A stretch of 64,000 bases of DNA from an uncultured bacterium. Its GTDB lineage: Bacteria; Macinerneyibacteriota; Macinerneyibacteria; Macinerneyibacteriales; DSCS01. Every line of letters begins with the position of its first letter. Position 1 is the first letter of the stretch. The stretch is from assembly GCA_964574875.1 (NCBI GenBank), contig CAZNOX010000001.1:149335-213334 (forward strand). Reading direction: 5' to 3'. Below are positions 54,636-64,000 of the stretch, one piece after another. A model generated the notes under the pieces. It made no database searches and was not told the origin of the DNA. It saw only the letters and a list, made by a program, of their open reading frames with translations. Both the position numbers and the translations under genes were made by a program.

Positions 54636-55940
54636 TTATTTCCCTGAGATGGTGATCCCCTCAGTCAGGACCCAGGGGATACGGCTGTGCCCTGAATCAT
54701 TGGTCTCCCGGGAGACCGCCGTGATATTCTGAAACAGGTCCTTGATGTTTCCGCTGATCATGGTTTCACTCAGCCCCTGCTTGATTTCTCCGTTTTCGAT
54801 GAGAAAACTGTTTTTTGCCACTCCTGAAAAATCACCGTTTTCTCCGGGGTTCCCGCCTGAAAACCGGGTGAGGAGGAGTCCTTTCTTCACACGCCCGATC
54901 ATGGCGTCCAGAGAATCATCCCCCGGTTCAAGGACATAGAAATAGCCGTTATTGGCCGCCCTGTCCAGGTTGCATTTCACCGCACCGTATTGGCTCAACA
55001 GGTAGCTTTTCAAAACCCCCTTCTCGATAAGAGTCAGGTTTTCTGCGGGGAAACCGTCGTGAGTGATGGCATAACCTCCCGCCATGGACGGATCCAGGGG
55101 AAGAGACCTCAATGTGACCAGAGGAGAAGCGACGCCTTTTCCCAACGAATCTTTCAGAAATGAGGTCCTGGTGATCATGGCCCGGTCACTCAGATGCGAC
55201 GAAAGAAACATGATGAAGTCCATCAGGCATTCGGGCGTCACGATGATCTGCCCCACGCATTTCCCGGGAAAAGGTTTTGTCTCAATAAGGAAGGGTGCTT
55301 CTCCGATGAGCCTGTCCACTCCTCCGATATCAAAAAGAGGCCGCGAAAGGTCATTCATGGTGACATTGACATAGTTGAATGAAGAGCTTTTTGCCTCTCT
55401 TTTTGCTGAAAACATCACTGTGAACTCGTAAAAACCTCTTTCATGGTAGAGATCGGCGCTGTTGCTGTTTTTATAATGCCGGGTGAGGACTTTATAGTCC
55501 AGAATAGCTTGTTCCAGGATAACTTCAGGGTATTTCTGGCGGACATCTGCTGTGAACTCTTTCAGCCGCTCATACATACGGTCAGCATCGGGCTCGTCTC
55601 CTGAGAGCTCCGTTTTCATGATATTGTGCCCTGAAATGTCGTAAGCGGGGTCCTTCTCCGACGAAAGGGCGATATCGTATGTCTCCTGAACGGTCTCTCT
55701 GATCGAGGCTTCATCGGTCCTGTTGGTGGTCATGGTCCCTTTTCTGGCATCTTTGATGACGGTGAGTGTGAGCTCAGTATTGAATATGGTCCTGAAAAGG
55801 CTGATCTCCCCGCCGTCCACATTCAGTTCATGTGTTTTGGAGTGGGAGAGGTCGCAGGCCGTTTTTTCGGCTCCGGTCTCTTTCAGGGAGGAACAGCTTT
55901 TCTTCAGGATCTCCAGGCTTTTGTCATAGGACATCATCAT
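54636..55940 (-). CDS. pmbA: PmbA/TldE-family metalloprotease partner
   Basis: TldD/PmbA-family fold without HExxxH, as expected for PmbA. The start overlaps the stop of the upstream tldD. Confidence 0.75.
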   Translation of the reverse strand: MMMSYDKSLEILKKSCSSLKETGAEKTACDLSHSKTHELNVDGGEISLFRTIFNTELTLTVIKDARKGTMTTNRTDEASIRETVQETYDIALSSEKDPAYDISGHNIMKTELSGDEPDADRMYERLKEFTADVRQKYPEVILEQAILDYKVLTRHYKNSNSADLYHERGFYEFTVMFSAKREAKSSSFNYVNVTMNDLSRPLFDIGGVDRLIGEAPFLIETKPFPGKCVGQIIVTPECLMDFIMFLSSHLSDRAMITRTSFLKDSLGKGVASPLVTLRSLPLDPSMAGGYAITHDGFPAENLTLIEKGVLKSYLLSQYGAVKCNLDRAANNGYFYVLEPGDDSLDAMIGRVKKGLLLTRFSGGNPGENGDFSGVAKNSFLIENGEIKQGLSETMISGNIKDLFQNITAVSRETNDSGHSRIPWVLTEGITISGK

Positions 55941-55941
55941 C

Positions 55942-57363
55942 TTACTTCCCTCCTATGTTGACTCTGCATTTGACAGCAGGACCACCCATCCCCACAGGAA
56001 TAGCCTGTTTTTTCCCGCACATCCCGGCGCAGCTCCAGGACATCTCGTCGGAGACCATGCTCACTGTCCTGAGCATATCAAAAGCGACCCCGGAGATCGT
56101 GGTGTTCTTCAGGGCTTTTCCGAGTTTTCCGTTTATGATCTCGTACCCCATGACGACACCGAACATAAACTCGCTCGTGGTGTCCGCCTGTCCGTTACTG
56201 GCCCTGGCCAGATAATATCCATGGTCGATCGAGGCGATCATATCCCCGAGTCTGTCCTTTCCGGGAAGGATCGCTGTATTTCTCATACGGATAAGAGGCT
56301 CATCGCTATACTCCGATGCCCTGGCATTCCCTGTGGGTGCAAAACCGAAATGAAGAGCTGTCTCTTTATTAAAGAGATAACTCTTCAGAACTCCTTTTTC
56401 GATAATGGCGACATCTTCTCCTTCGGTTCCTTCATCGTCCACATAGACAGGGACCGGACACGGCTTCCCCAGGGCTGTATGAGCAAAATCGGTGAGTGAG
56501 ACAAGGGGGCTCGCCACCTCTTTATTCAGGTAGTCCCCCGCCACGGACCCGCCCAGGACAATATCAGCTTCCGTGGTATGCCCGATGGCTTCATGGGCCA
56601 GGATCCCGGCAAGGTCGGCATCCATGATCACATCATGCTCTCCTGCTTCGGGATAGATCCCTTCGGATTTCGCTTTGAGTTTGACGTACAACTTATCAAG
56701 ACGCTCGTAAAAGTCTTCGGCAATGCCGAAATGATCCTCGTATTGTCCAAACCCTCCGTAGACATCATAGAGATCCACAGGGCCGTCACCTTTATCCAAA
56801 GTCAGGGAAATCACGAGAAGGGCCCGCGGGATCATGGAATAGGCCCGGGATCCTTCAGACGTCAACAGGGCTTTCTCCATATCAAGATTGGCCATGGTGA
56901 CGCTGCGGGCACTGATATCGGGATAGCTTTTTTTCAAATATCCGTCGATCTCGCGCAAAAAACCTGTTATCTCTTTTGGAGCCGCCTTCCCCTGAATCGT
57001 GGAGAAATCGTGATATCCCCGGGCACTGCCGTAGGCCAGGGGCATGGCATTCCTGTTCTCCCTGCTGTCCAGAAACTGAGCATTGCGGGTTGCGGCGCGG
57101 ATGACAGCCCTGACATCTTCATGAGCCGTCTCAGGGCTGGCGGAAAATCCCCAGACTCCGCCTGCATAGACACGCGCAGAGATCCCGCTGATACGGTTGC
57201 GTGTATTGGCAACGATATCCCCGTTGAGGAGTGAGATCCTCAGATTGCTGTTTTTCTGATACCGAAGCTCGGTATATTCACTGAAATCGTCACGAAACCC
57301 ATCAAGATATTCCAGGTTCAAAATACCCTCCTTTTTTGCACTCTCATTATAATCACCGGGCAT
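55942..57363 (-). CDS. tldD: TldD-family zinc metalloprotease
   Basis: HEAIGH zinc motif and the GxC C-terminal region. The ATG at 57363 is preceded by AGGGGA. The start overlaps the upstream lipoprotein gene by 11 nt. Confidence 0.75.
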   Translation of the reverse strand: MPGDYNESAKKEGILNLEYLDGFRDDFSEYTELRYQKNSNLRISLLNGDIVANTRNRISGISARVYAGGVWGFSASPETAHEDVRAVIRAATRNAQFLDSRENRNAMPLAYGSARGYHDFSTIQGKAAPKEITGFLREIDGYLKKSYPDISARSVTMANLDMEKALLTSEGSRAYSMIPRALLVISLTLDKGDGPVDLYDVYGGFGQYEDHFGIAEDFYERLDKLYVKLKAKSEGIYPEAGEHDVIMDADLAGILAHEAIGHTTEADIVLGGSVAGDYLNKEVASPLVSLTDFAHTALGKPCPVPVYVDDEGTEGEDVAIIEKGVLKSYLFNKETALHFGFAPTGNARASEYSDEPLIRMRNTAILPGKDRLGDMIASIDHGYYLARASNGQADTTSEFMFGVVMGYEIINGKLGKALKNTTISGVAFDMLRTVSMVSDEMSWSCAGMCGKKQAIPVGMGGPAVKCRVNIGGK

Positions 57364-58531
57364 TCCCCTGTAAAGCGGGAATCTCCTCAAGAGGTTCCAG
57401 GCCTGTGGTGTAGATATAATCGCTGGTCTCTTTCTCTTTTCCCGTCTCTTTATCGATCTCTGATGTCGCGACAAAGACAAAGCGGTCATCAAAGGGGTAG
57501 AGGCGGTAATCCTGGTGGGGCTCGAGAAACTCAGCATCCACTCTTGCAAGATGCTTCAATGTCCCGGTATCGAAAATATCGACAAATCCTTTTTTTAACC
57601 CGGGAATGGGCAGGCCGTAGTAGACCTTTTTCCCGTCCTCCCATTTCACATCATTGATCCCGGCGACTCCACGCAGGACATAGAGCTTTCCCCCTTTGAC
57701 ACAGAGAGATGTGGCTGAAGCTCCCCCGTTGGCTTCAAATGAACCGTCGGGGAAACGGCAGATCTCCAGAGAGAGCAGGTCATTCAGGCCGTCGTCATTA
57801 AAGGCGGTTTTCACAAGATTCATCCCGGAATCATACTTTCTGATCTCATAGGATCCTTTGAGCCCCAGCATAACGGCATAGACGTTTCCCGAAGGATCCA
57901 CCGTATAACGGACGAGGTTTTCAAACATCTTCTGCACATCGAGTTCCGTCTCTGTACTGATGCGCGCAAGAGCATTGAACTGGGCGTCTGTCTTCACCAC
58001 AGACCCCGGATAGGTCATCCCGATATAGTAGTTCTCTCCGAAGTGCGTCACCACACAATTTCCGAAGGAGAGGCTGTAGGAGGCGTCCTGGATGGGGACA
58101 GAATCTTCAAATCGTCCGTCATAAGCGAACATCTCCATGGAGTTTTTCTGACGGTCGATAAAAGTGATCACTTGTCCGTCCATTCCCATTCCCGGAATCC
58201 AGCTTCCCAGCTCTCCGGGCCCTTTCCCGGATGGAAGCGTAAAAGCTCCCGTCTGTTCGAGCTCTTTATTGAAAAGAACGACTTTTCGTGTTTGATCTTC
58301 AGGGTGCACGACCACGGCAAGCCGGTCCTTCCCGTCTGATTCGTGAAGATAAAAATCGATATTCCCTTCGTCCACGCGGACCGTCTTGATCAGGGGCAGA
58401 CGTCCGTCGGGTTTAAGCGCGATCTTGTTATGGATCACTTTCTCTTCTTTTTCAGAAGAGCAGCTCATGAGTGCAGTGAGGAGAAGAAGAGGAAGAAGGG
58501 AAAGAGAAGAGATCTTTATCAGCATAGACAA
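57353..58531 (-). CDS. Beta-propeller-like lipoprotein, GKGPGE-motif family, subfamily B
   Basis: Lipobox LMSCS. LPSGKGPGEL. Alignable with the 16193-17329 product (CVKGGKLYVLRG vs CAAGGKVYVLRG). Confidence 0.6.
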   Translation of the reverse strand: MSMLIKISSLSLLPLLLLTALMSCSSEKEEKVIHNKIALKPDGRLPLIKTVRVDEGNIDFYLHESDGKDRLAVVVHPEDQTRKVVLFNKELEQTGAFTLPSGKGPGELGSWIPGMGMDGQVITFIDRQKNSMEMFAYDGRFEDSVPIQDASYSLSFGNCVVTHFGENYYIGMTYPGSVVKTDAQFNALARISTETELDVQKMFENLVRYTVDPSGNVYAVMLGLKGSYEIRKYDSGMNLVKTAFNDDGLNDLLSLEICRFPDGSFEANGGASATSLCVKGGKLYVLRGVAGINDVKWEDGKKVYYGLPIPGLKKGFVDIFDTGTLKHLARVDAEFLEPHQDYRLYPFDDRFVFVATSEIDKETGKEKETSDYIYTTGLEPLEEIPALQGNAR

Positions 58532-58619
58532 GCTCCTTTCGTATCAGGTTTTTTTTCGTAATCCGTTATCATAGGACAACGTGAACGCAGGAGTTGTTTC
58601 AGGAAGTGATTCGTCTCAG

Positions 58620-59549
58620 TTATTTGGCATACATGGTCAAAAAGCGCATGACATCCTGGACAAAATCATACTTTTTTTCAGCAAAGGGATAATGCCCGGC
58701 GTCATTGTAGATGATAAAGATCGAATTGGGAATCAGGTCGTGAAGAGCCATGGGGCTGGCTTCTCCCACAGGATCCTTCTCTCCGTGGATGATCAGGACA
58801 GGAGAATGGAGTGACTCCAGGCGAGGTGTGATGTCATACGACGCCAGAAAGGGATGCAACGCCGACATCACGGAAAACATCTTATGAATACGGTCTCTGT
58901 CCAGTCCTAAATCGATCTCCTGAGCTTTATTCCCGTCACCCATGGACATTTTAAAAAAACAGGTCAGGACATAGGAGACGGCCTGCGGATCCTCTTTTTC
59001 AAACTCCCCGCTCTTCATGATCTCTTTAAACCGGGCCTGCTCTTCGAATGAAAGACGGGAAAAATCATTGTGGGCAGGAAGGAGAGAGGATTTCGTGGGA
59101 GCAGCACTCACAAGAACGAGAGCTCCGCAATGATCAGGATAGCGTTTGGCATACTCCAGGGCGAGGAGAGCCCCGAATGAATGCCCCAGAAGATTGATAC
59201 GCTCCAGCTTCAGTTCTTTCCTGACAATGTCAATATCATCGACGAGAGCATCAAAAGTGATTTCTGAAGTCTCTCCCCCCTTTGATGCTCCGCACCCGCG
59301 CTGGTCGAAAAAGATGAGTTTGAATTTTTGAGTTAAAAAAGAGAGGTAAGGCTCCAGATAGTGGAATCCGAATCCCGGCCCTCCATGAAGGACCACAACA
59401 GGAAGCCCTTTTCCCGCTTCTTGATAAAAGAGAGAGGCCTCTCCGTTTTCGATGTATCCTTCTTTAGGCTGTGTGGATAGACAGGAAATAAAAAGGAACA
59501 GGGCCGCCATTCCGGCAATCAAAACAATAAGAACCCACAGCTTCTTCAT
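58620..59549 (-). CDS. Alpha/beta-hydrolase lipoprotein, prolyl aminopeptidase-like (S33)
   Basis: HGGPG oxyanion motif and GHSFG nucleophile elbow. AGGAGG RBS before the ATG at 59549. Lipobox-like FISC. Confidence 0.7.
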   Translation of the reverse strand: MKKLWVLIVLIAGMAALFLFISCLSTQPKEGYIENGEASLFYQEAGKGLPVVVLHGGPGFGFHYLEPYLSFLTQKFKLIFFDQRGCGASKGGETSEITFDALVDDIDIVRKELKLERINLLGHSFGALLALEYAKRYPDHCGALVLVSAAPTKSSLLPAHNDFSRLSFEEQARFKEIMKSGEFEKEDPQAVSYVLTCFFKMSMGDGNKAQEIDLGLDRDRIHKMFSVMSALHPFLASYDITPRLESLHSPVLIIHGEKDPVGEASPMALHDLIPNSIFIIYNDAGHYPFAEKKYDFVQDVMRFLTMYAK

Positions 59550-59660
59550 CGATCCTCCTGTCATGCTCTTTAGAATATACAGAAGCCGTGATAATTATCA
59601 AGACAAAAAAAGGGAGAGAGTGGAACCCTCTCTCCCCCCACCGGTAATAATAAGGCCTGT

Positions 59661-60233
59661 TTACTCTTCGTTGTCTTTCTTCTGCTCTTTCAGCATCTCT
59701 TTCTTCTGTTCCTCGAGTTTCAACTGTTCCTGAAGCTTTTTCTGCTCCTGGAGCTTCTTCTGCTCCTTCAGCTGAGCTTCATCAGAGACACCGTCCTTCT
59801 TCTGCTCTTTTGCCTGGATCTGTTTGGCCTCTTCCGACACACCCGGGTCGTTATTCTGGTTCAGGGCTTTATTGGCTTCCATGTTTTTAAGCTGTGTCTC
59901 CTCGCCCTTATTCTGATTGGCTTCCTTATTCAGCTCTTTTTCCTTCTCCCCTTCTCCGGACTGGTCTTTTGTCTGGACAGCCTCTCCGTTGACCTCTTTT
60001 TCCTGTTCCTTGTTTTGAGTCTCTCCGTTGTTTTTATTCGCATTGATCTCTTTTTCTTTTTCCAGAAGTTCTTTCTGCTCCTGGATCATGGTCTTCACCT
60101 TTTTCTTCTCAACAGTCCCTTTTCCGCTTCCGGCTGCCCCTGTGGTCCCCTGAGCTCCTGCAGGGCCTCCTTTGGCCAGGATCAGCCCGAAACCGGCCAT
60201 GACACATAAAAGTAACAGAACAGATCTTTTCAT
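59661..60233 (-). CDS. Secreted Lys/Glu-rich low-complexity repeat protein
   Basis: Signal peptide. Repeated EQKKLQEQ/KEKE tracts. AAGGAGG RBS. Confidence 0.5.
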   Translation of the reverse strand: MKRSVLLLLCVMAGFGLILAKGGPAGAQGTTGAAGSGKGTVEKKKVKTMIQEQKELLEKEKEINANKNNGETQNKEQEKEVNGEAVQTKDQSGEGEKEKELNKEANQNKGEETQLKNMEANKALNQNNDPGVSEEAKQIQAKEQKKDGVSDEAQLKEQKKLQEQKKLQEQLKLEEQKKEMLKEQKKDNEE

Positions 60234-60285
60234 AATGATCCCTCCTTTACTTTTAAATACGCTGCCGGCCCCCTACAGGTTACAT

Positions 60286-63200
60286 TCAGTTCACTGTGAT
60301 GACTTTCGTCAGGGCTTCTCCCCCGACGTCTTTGACCTGTTTTTCATTTCCGTAGACGCTGTATATCCCCTGCTGGATCATCTTCCGGAAAAGAGGGGCA
60401 TAGGAGCGGATCTTTTCCGGCGTCGTAGAGAGGACTTCTCGTCTTATCCTGTTGATCTCCTGTAGGTCTCCGCCTGTGAGGACCTTTTTAAAATAGTATC
60501 GGCCGCGGCTGAGAGGAGCATTGGAGAGATCCAGGTTCGCTATGGTCCCGATGAGGTAGAGTTCCATCTCTTTTTCTGAAGGTTCAAACCCGTCGAGAAA
60601 GTCAACGGCCTTCTCAAAGACCTGGAGAGTCTCCCTGATATGAGGATCCCTGAAGGAATACATGAGCATGGTCCTGTCGGGAAAGACTGACATCCCGCCT
60701 CCGTATGCTCCGCCCCGGACGCGCAGGGCCTGCCAGAGATAGACATTCCTCACAATGTTCGATGCAGCCAGAAGTGAACCGCTGTAGAGGATACCTTCTT
60801 TATCCAGATCGGCCACCTGGGCCACGAAATTGACACGTGACGGCGAAGCGAAGCCCTCCCGAAGAGTGATCTCAGCCATTCGGGGAGAACGTGGCGGTTC
60901 TGTGGCTCCTGGCCTGAAAAGAGGAAGTCCGGAGAGGATCTTTTCTGTTGCTGCCATCCCCTCCCCCATGAGGTCCGTATCGGTGACCAGGCCCGCTGTC
61001 ACCCTGTTTCCGGCAAAGATGTATTCATATGTTTTTTTCAGCTCTTTTCGGACAGCAGAAGGGTCTTTTTGAAAATCACGGTTCACCCTGTTGATAAAGA
61101 GGCTGTAGTCATATCCTGAGGTGATCTCATCAAAGACAAAGGGCCCGCCCATGGCGCTGTTTGCACGGGAGATGGCGATGTCAAGGCCATCATTGATCAT
61201 CTTTCTTTCCATGCGGGCTTTTTCGTTGGCCAGAAGAGTCGCCAGGCGCTGCTCTGCATTGAAATCCGTTCTCTTCAGAATGAGCTTCAGAAGTCTCACA
61301 GCCTCATCAGCTTCTCTTGACAAGGCCCGCAGAGAGACCACGGCGTAAACCTTCCAGCGGTGGGTGTCCTGCTCATCTGTCATGCGCGAGATGTCAAAGG
61401 AAAGCCCGCCGAGATGGCTGTTGACTTCCATGGAAAGCTTTTCATCATCATAAGGGCCTGCCCCGAGCTGTCCCAGGAAACGGGACAGAAGCACAGCCTT
61501 CTGGAGCTCCTCTTGATCCAGGTCAGAGATATCAAAATAAAGGTCCCAATAAAAGATCCCGTTGGTATTGTCAGTATAGATCATGACGGGACGCCCGGAA
61601 AGATGGCGGACTTCCCCCACGGGAACGGTGATATCCGGTTCGATATCGGCAAGATCCAGGAGAGGGACGGTGGCCAGGGCTTCAGGGGTGTCAGGAGTTT
61701 CCTGATACTCCTTGAGTTCCCTGTTCATGGCGATGATCCGTGACAGGTCAGCTTCGGAGAGAGATTCTCTGATCCTCTCCAGTTTTTCCTTTTCCTCTTG
61801 TCGAAGACGTTCTGTCATCCCGGGGTCGGGAATCATGGTGATGGAAGCGGCATGCTGATTATTGACAAATTGATTGTTCAGGATCCTCTTCCATATCACC
61901 CGGTCTTTTCTGAGATGAGCCAGCTTCTCTTCAAAAGCAAGCCCCTCCAGCGGATCCCCGAAGGTGATCCAGGATGCAGTCGCCTGAAACATCAGGGAAA
62001 GCCCCCTGGGGAAACGTCCTGAAGCGGGTTCCCGGAGACGAAACTCCAGCTTGTTGAGAAGAGATTCCAGAAGTGAGGGATCCAGCCCTTTTTCTGCGAG
62101 ATCGCTGAGCACACGGGTGACAGTCTCTGTAAACTCTGTCTGCCGTTCTCTGTCCCCCCCCGCAGCGACAAAACTCATGACCGGAGGGGTCGTCCGGGAG
62201 AGCCATCCGTAGACCAGGGTTCCGAAACCCTTCTCTTCCAAGGCCTTTTTCAGCGGAGAGGCGGGACTTCCCATGAGATACTCTTCCAGGACTCCCAGCG
62301 CCATCACCTCTTCAGGAGTGGTGATGGCGTTCAGGACAAAGTGAACAGAGAGATAATCGCGAGGTTCGGAACCGCCCTTTCCTGCAGGATAAGGAAAGGT
62401 GACGCTTTTTCTTTCTTGAAACGGTTTCTGTCCTTCCTGCCCTGCGCCTGCAGGCCTTTTTTCAAATGCGGATAGATATTCTCTGTCGATAAAGGCCAGC
62501 TCTTCGGCTGTATCAAGATTCCCATAGAGGTAGATATAGGCATTAGACGGGTGGTAATAGGCCGAGTGAAAGGCGACAAATTCGTCCTGGGTGAGATCAG
62601 GGATGAACCGGGGATCTCCTCCTGAATTTCTGGCATAGACCGTATCAGGAAGGAGGGTCTCATCGATGGCGTAGTTCAATGCCCTGTCCGGAGAAGACAT
62701 GGCTCCCTTCATCTCATTGAAGACGATTCCGTTGTAGTGCAGGGTCTGTGTCTCGGGATCATATTCATACCGCCATCCCTCCTGTCTGAGGATCCTCTCG
62801 TCGTTGAGAAGAGCAGGATGAAAGACTCCGTCCAGATAGACACTCATCAGGTTGTAAAAATCTTTCTTGTTTTGACTTGCAATGGGATACATGGTCCGGT
62901 CAGCTCCGGTCATGGCGTTGAGAAAGGTCCTCAGAGACCCTTTCCTCATGATATCGAAGGGGCTTTTGACAGGGAATCGTTCCGAACCGCAGAGGACAGA
63001 GTGTTCCATAATATGAGCCACCCCTGTATCGTCTTGCGGAAGAGTCCGAAAAGTGATACTGAAGACATTATTGGAATCATCGTTTTCCAGCTTGATGAGA
63101 CGGGCACCGCTCTTGATATGCTCAAAAACAAGGGCCGTCACTTTTATTTCGGACAGGGTCTCTTTCCGGAGAAGCCGGAATCCTGAGTAGGTTTTTCCCG

Positions 63201-63297
63201 GGGTCATCCCCGTCTTCATCGGAGTCTCCCCTCCGAAGACAACAGAAAAGAGACAGACCAGGATAACGCCCATTCCGGAAAACTTTTTTATTCTCAT
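60286..63297 (-). CDS. M16-family zinc peptidase (1,003 aa, PreP/M16C-like)
   Basis: HIMEHSVLCGSERFP matches the inverted zinc motif HxxEH. Signal peptide. GGAGG RBS. Confidence 0.8.
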   Translation of the reverse strand: MRIKKFSGMGVILVCLFSVVFGGETPMKTGMTPGKTYSGFRLLRKETLSEIKVTALVFEHIKSGARLIKLENDDSNNVFSITFRTLPQDDTGVAHIMEHSVLCGSERFPVKSPFDIMRKGSLRTFLNAMTGADRTMYPIASQNKKDFYNLMSVYLDGVFHPALLNDERILRQEGWRYEYDPETQTLHYNGIVFNEMKGAMSSPDRALNYAIDETLLPDTVYARNSGGDPRFIPDLTQDEFVAFHSAYYHPSNAYIYLYGNLDTAEELAFIDREYLSAFEKRPAGAGQEGQKPFQERKSVTFPYPAGKGGSEPRDYLSVHFVLNAITTPEEVMALGVLEEYLMGSPASPLKKALEEKGFGTLVYGWLSRTTPPVMSFVAAGGDRERQTEFTETVTRVLSDLAEKGLDPSLLESLLNKLEFRLREPASGRFPRGLSLMFQATASWITFGDPLEGLAFEEKLAHLRKDRVIWKRILNNQFVNNQHAASITMIPDPGMTERLRQEEKEKLERIRESLSEADLSRIIAMNRELKEYQETPDTPEALATVPLLDLADIEPDITVPVGEVRHLSGRPVMIYTDNTNGIFYWDLYFDISDLDQEELQKAVLLSRFLGQLGAGPYDDEKLSMEVNSHLGGLSFDISRMTDEQDTHRWKVYAVVSLRALSREADEAVRLLKLILKRTDFNAEQRLATLLANEKARMERKMINDGLDIAISRANSAMGGPFVFDEITSGYDYSLFINRVNRDFQKDPSAVRKELKKTYEYIFAGNRVTAGLVTDTDLMGEGMAATEKILSGLPLFRPGATEPPRSPRMAEITLREGFASPSRVNFVAQVADLDKEGILYSGSLLAASNIVRNVYLWQALRVRGGAYGGGMSVFPDRTMLMYSFRDPHIRETLQVFEKAVDFLDGFEPSEKEMELYLIGTIANLDLSNAPLSRGRYYFKKVLTGGDLQEINRIRREVLSTTPEKIRSYAPLFRKMIQQGIYSVYGNEKQVKDVGGEALTKVITVN

Positions 63298-63397
63298 GAT
63301 GCGACCTCCATTTTTATTCTTATACGGATTACGAAAGATTTTGTTTCGTTTTCAGGAATATTTTATCGGACTTTTTCAGGAAAATAAAGAAAAAAAA

Positions 63398-63420
63398 AGC
63401 GGCCCCGAAGAGCCGCTTTT
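63398..63420 (-). terminator. Rho-independent terminator (AGCGGC-loop-GCCGCT followed by T8 on the minus strand)
   Basis: On the plus strand it reads A8 + hairpin. It lies directly downstream of the minus-strand gene ending at 63424. Confidence 0.65.
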
Positions 63421-63423
63421 CAC

Positions 63424-64000
63424 TTACATCTCGATGACTTCCACCGGGATCCCCGCTTTCTCGAATTGGGGGACGATCTTCTCTTTCTGGCCGAGAATAA
63501 CGGTGATAAAACGGTCGGGGTCCAGATTCTTTTCAAAGACACGCTGGGCCATCTCTGCTGACATGTTGTTGTAACGTTTGATATTCTCGTTGACACGGTC
63601 GGCGCTTTCACCCCAGATCTCCACACTGAGGACCACAGACTCGATGACATTGATCTTTTCCACATAGAATTTCGGCATGAGAGCATTGAAGAAATTCACC
63701 GTCTTGAACAGTTCGTCTTTGGTGATGGGCTGTGCCCTGTCAAGGATCTTGTCCATCTCTCCGATGATCGTCTCATAGGTATCAAGAGCGCTCTCGGGTT
63801 TCACTTCTGTGGTGACGACATATTCTCCGCCCAGCTTATTGGCATTATAAGTGGAGCGGGCATCATAAGCATACCCTTTCTTCACACGCAGGGTGTCCAT
63901 AAGGCGGCATTCAAAGGCTCCGCTCCCATAGACCATATTGGCGATTCTGAACTCCATATCCTCGGGATAATCATGGGTAAAGAGGTCGAATCCCATTTTA
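63424..64000 (-). CDS. M16-family peptidase, C-terminal part (gene continues beyond the window)
   Basis: The C-terminal inactive-half-like domain of M16 peptidases. The reading frame is open to the window edge. Confidence 0.55.
   Translation of the reverse strand, partial: KMGFDLFTHDYPEDMEFRIANMVYGSGAFECRLMDTLRVKKGYAYDARSTYNANKLGGEYVVTTEVKPESALDTYETIIGEMDKILDRAQPITKDELFKTVNFFNALMPKFYVEKINVIESVVLSVEIWGESADRVNENIKRYNNMSAEMAQRVFEKNLDPDRFITVILGQKEKIVPQFEKAGIPVEVIEM

Noticed and set aside
59661-60233. Direct nucleotide repeats that could resemble a repeat array
   Set aside because: They are in-frame codon repeats of a KE-rich protein with a signal peptide and RBS. They are neither CRISPR nor non-coding repeats.
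1-64000. Search for tRNA/rRNA, CRISPR arrays, transposases, integrases, phage genes
   Set aside because: No tRNA-like T-arm motifs. No arrays of spaced identical repeats. No recombinase or transposase motifs were recognised. The region looks like core chromosome with paralog expansion.

Overview
This is a 64-kb chromosomal window from a moderately GC-rich bacterium. Most genes are on the minus strand, and it is dense in lipoproteins, TPR proteins and GGDEF proteins. Codon usage and gene content suggest a spirochaete-like or other Gram-negative anaerobe, but that is inference only. I found no rRNA, tRNA, CRISPR array, transposase or integrase.

About 50 coding regions can be supported. Housekeeping genes: deoC, a class-II-like ribonucleotide reductase with an ATP-cone, an M24 Xaa-Pro aminopeptidase, a DEDDh exonuclease, MscS, a MATE efflux transporter, a nitroreductase and two tandem GNAT acetyltransferases.

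Signalling genes: two paralogous double-Cache/PAS hybrid histidine kinases, one translationally coupled to a LivK-type solute-binding protein; a PAS-GGDEF cyclase; a membrane-anchored LuxR regulator; and two paralogous ~1,600-aa proteins fusing a eukaryotic-like protein-kinase N-domain, TPR repeats, a GAF-like region and a GGDEF domain.

There is an unusually high load of secreted or lipoprotein peptidases: a tricorn-like S41 protease with a beta-propeller, an M19 dipeptidase, M55 DppA, the TldD/PmbA pair, an S33 prolyl-aminopeptidase-like protein, a 1,003-aa M16 peptidase and a partial second M16 peptidase.

Four paralogous lipoproteins share a GKGPGE motif and fall into two subfamilies of two. 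One sits in an operon with TldD/PmbA.

The main hunt candidates:
- The kinase-TPR-GGDEF giants bracketing a dipeptidase and a lipoprotein.
- The GKGPGE lipoprotein family and its TldD/PmbA operon.
- Two unlisted small single-TM peptide ORFs.
- Palindromic operators upstream of the membrane-LuxR gene and of the ribonucleotide reductase.
- Three promoter/start arrangements that look leaderless.

No mobile element or classical defence system is evident.
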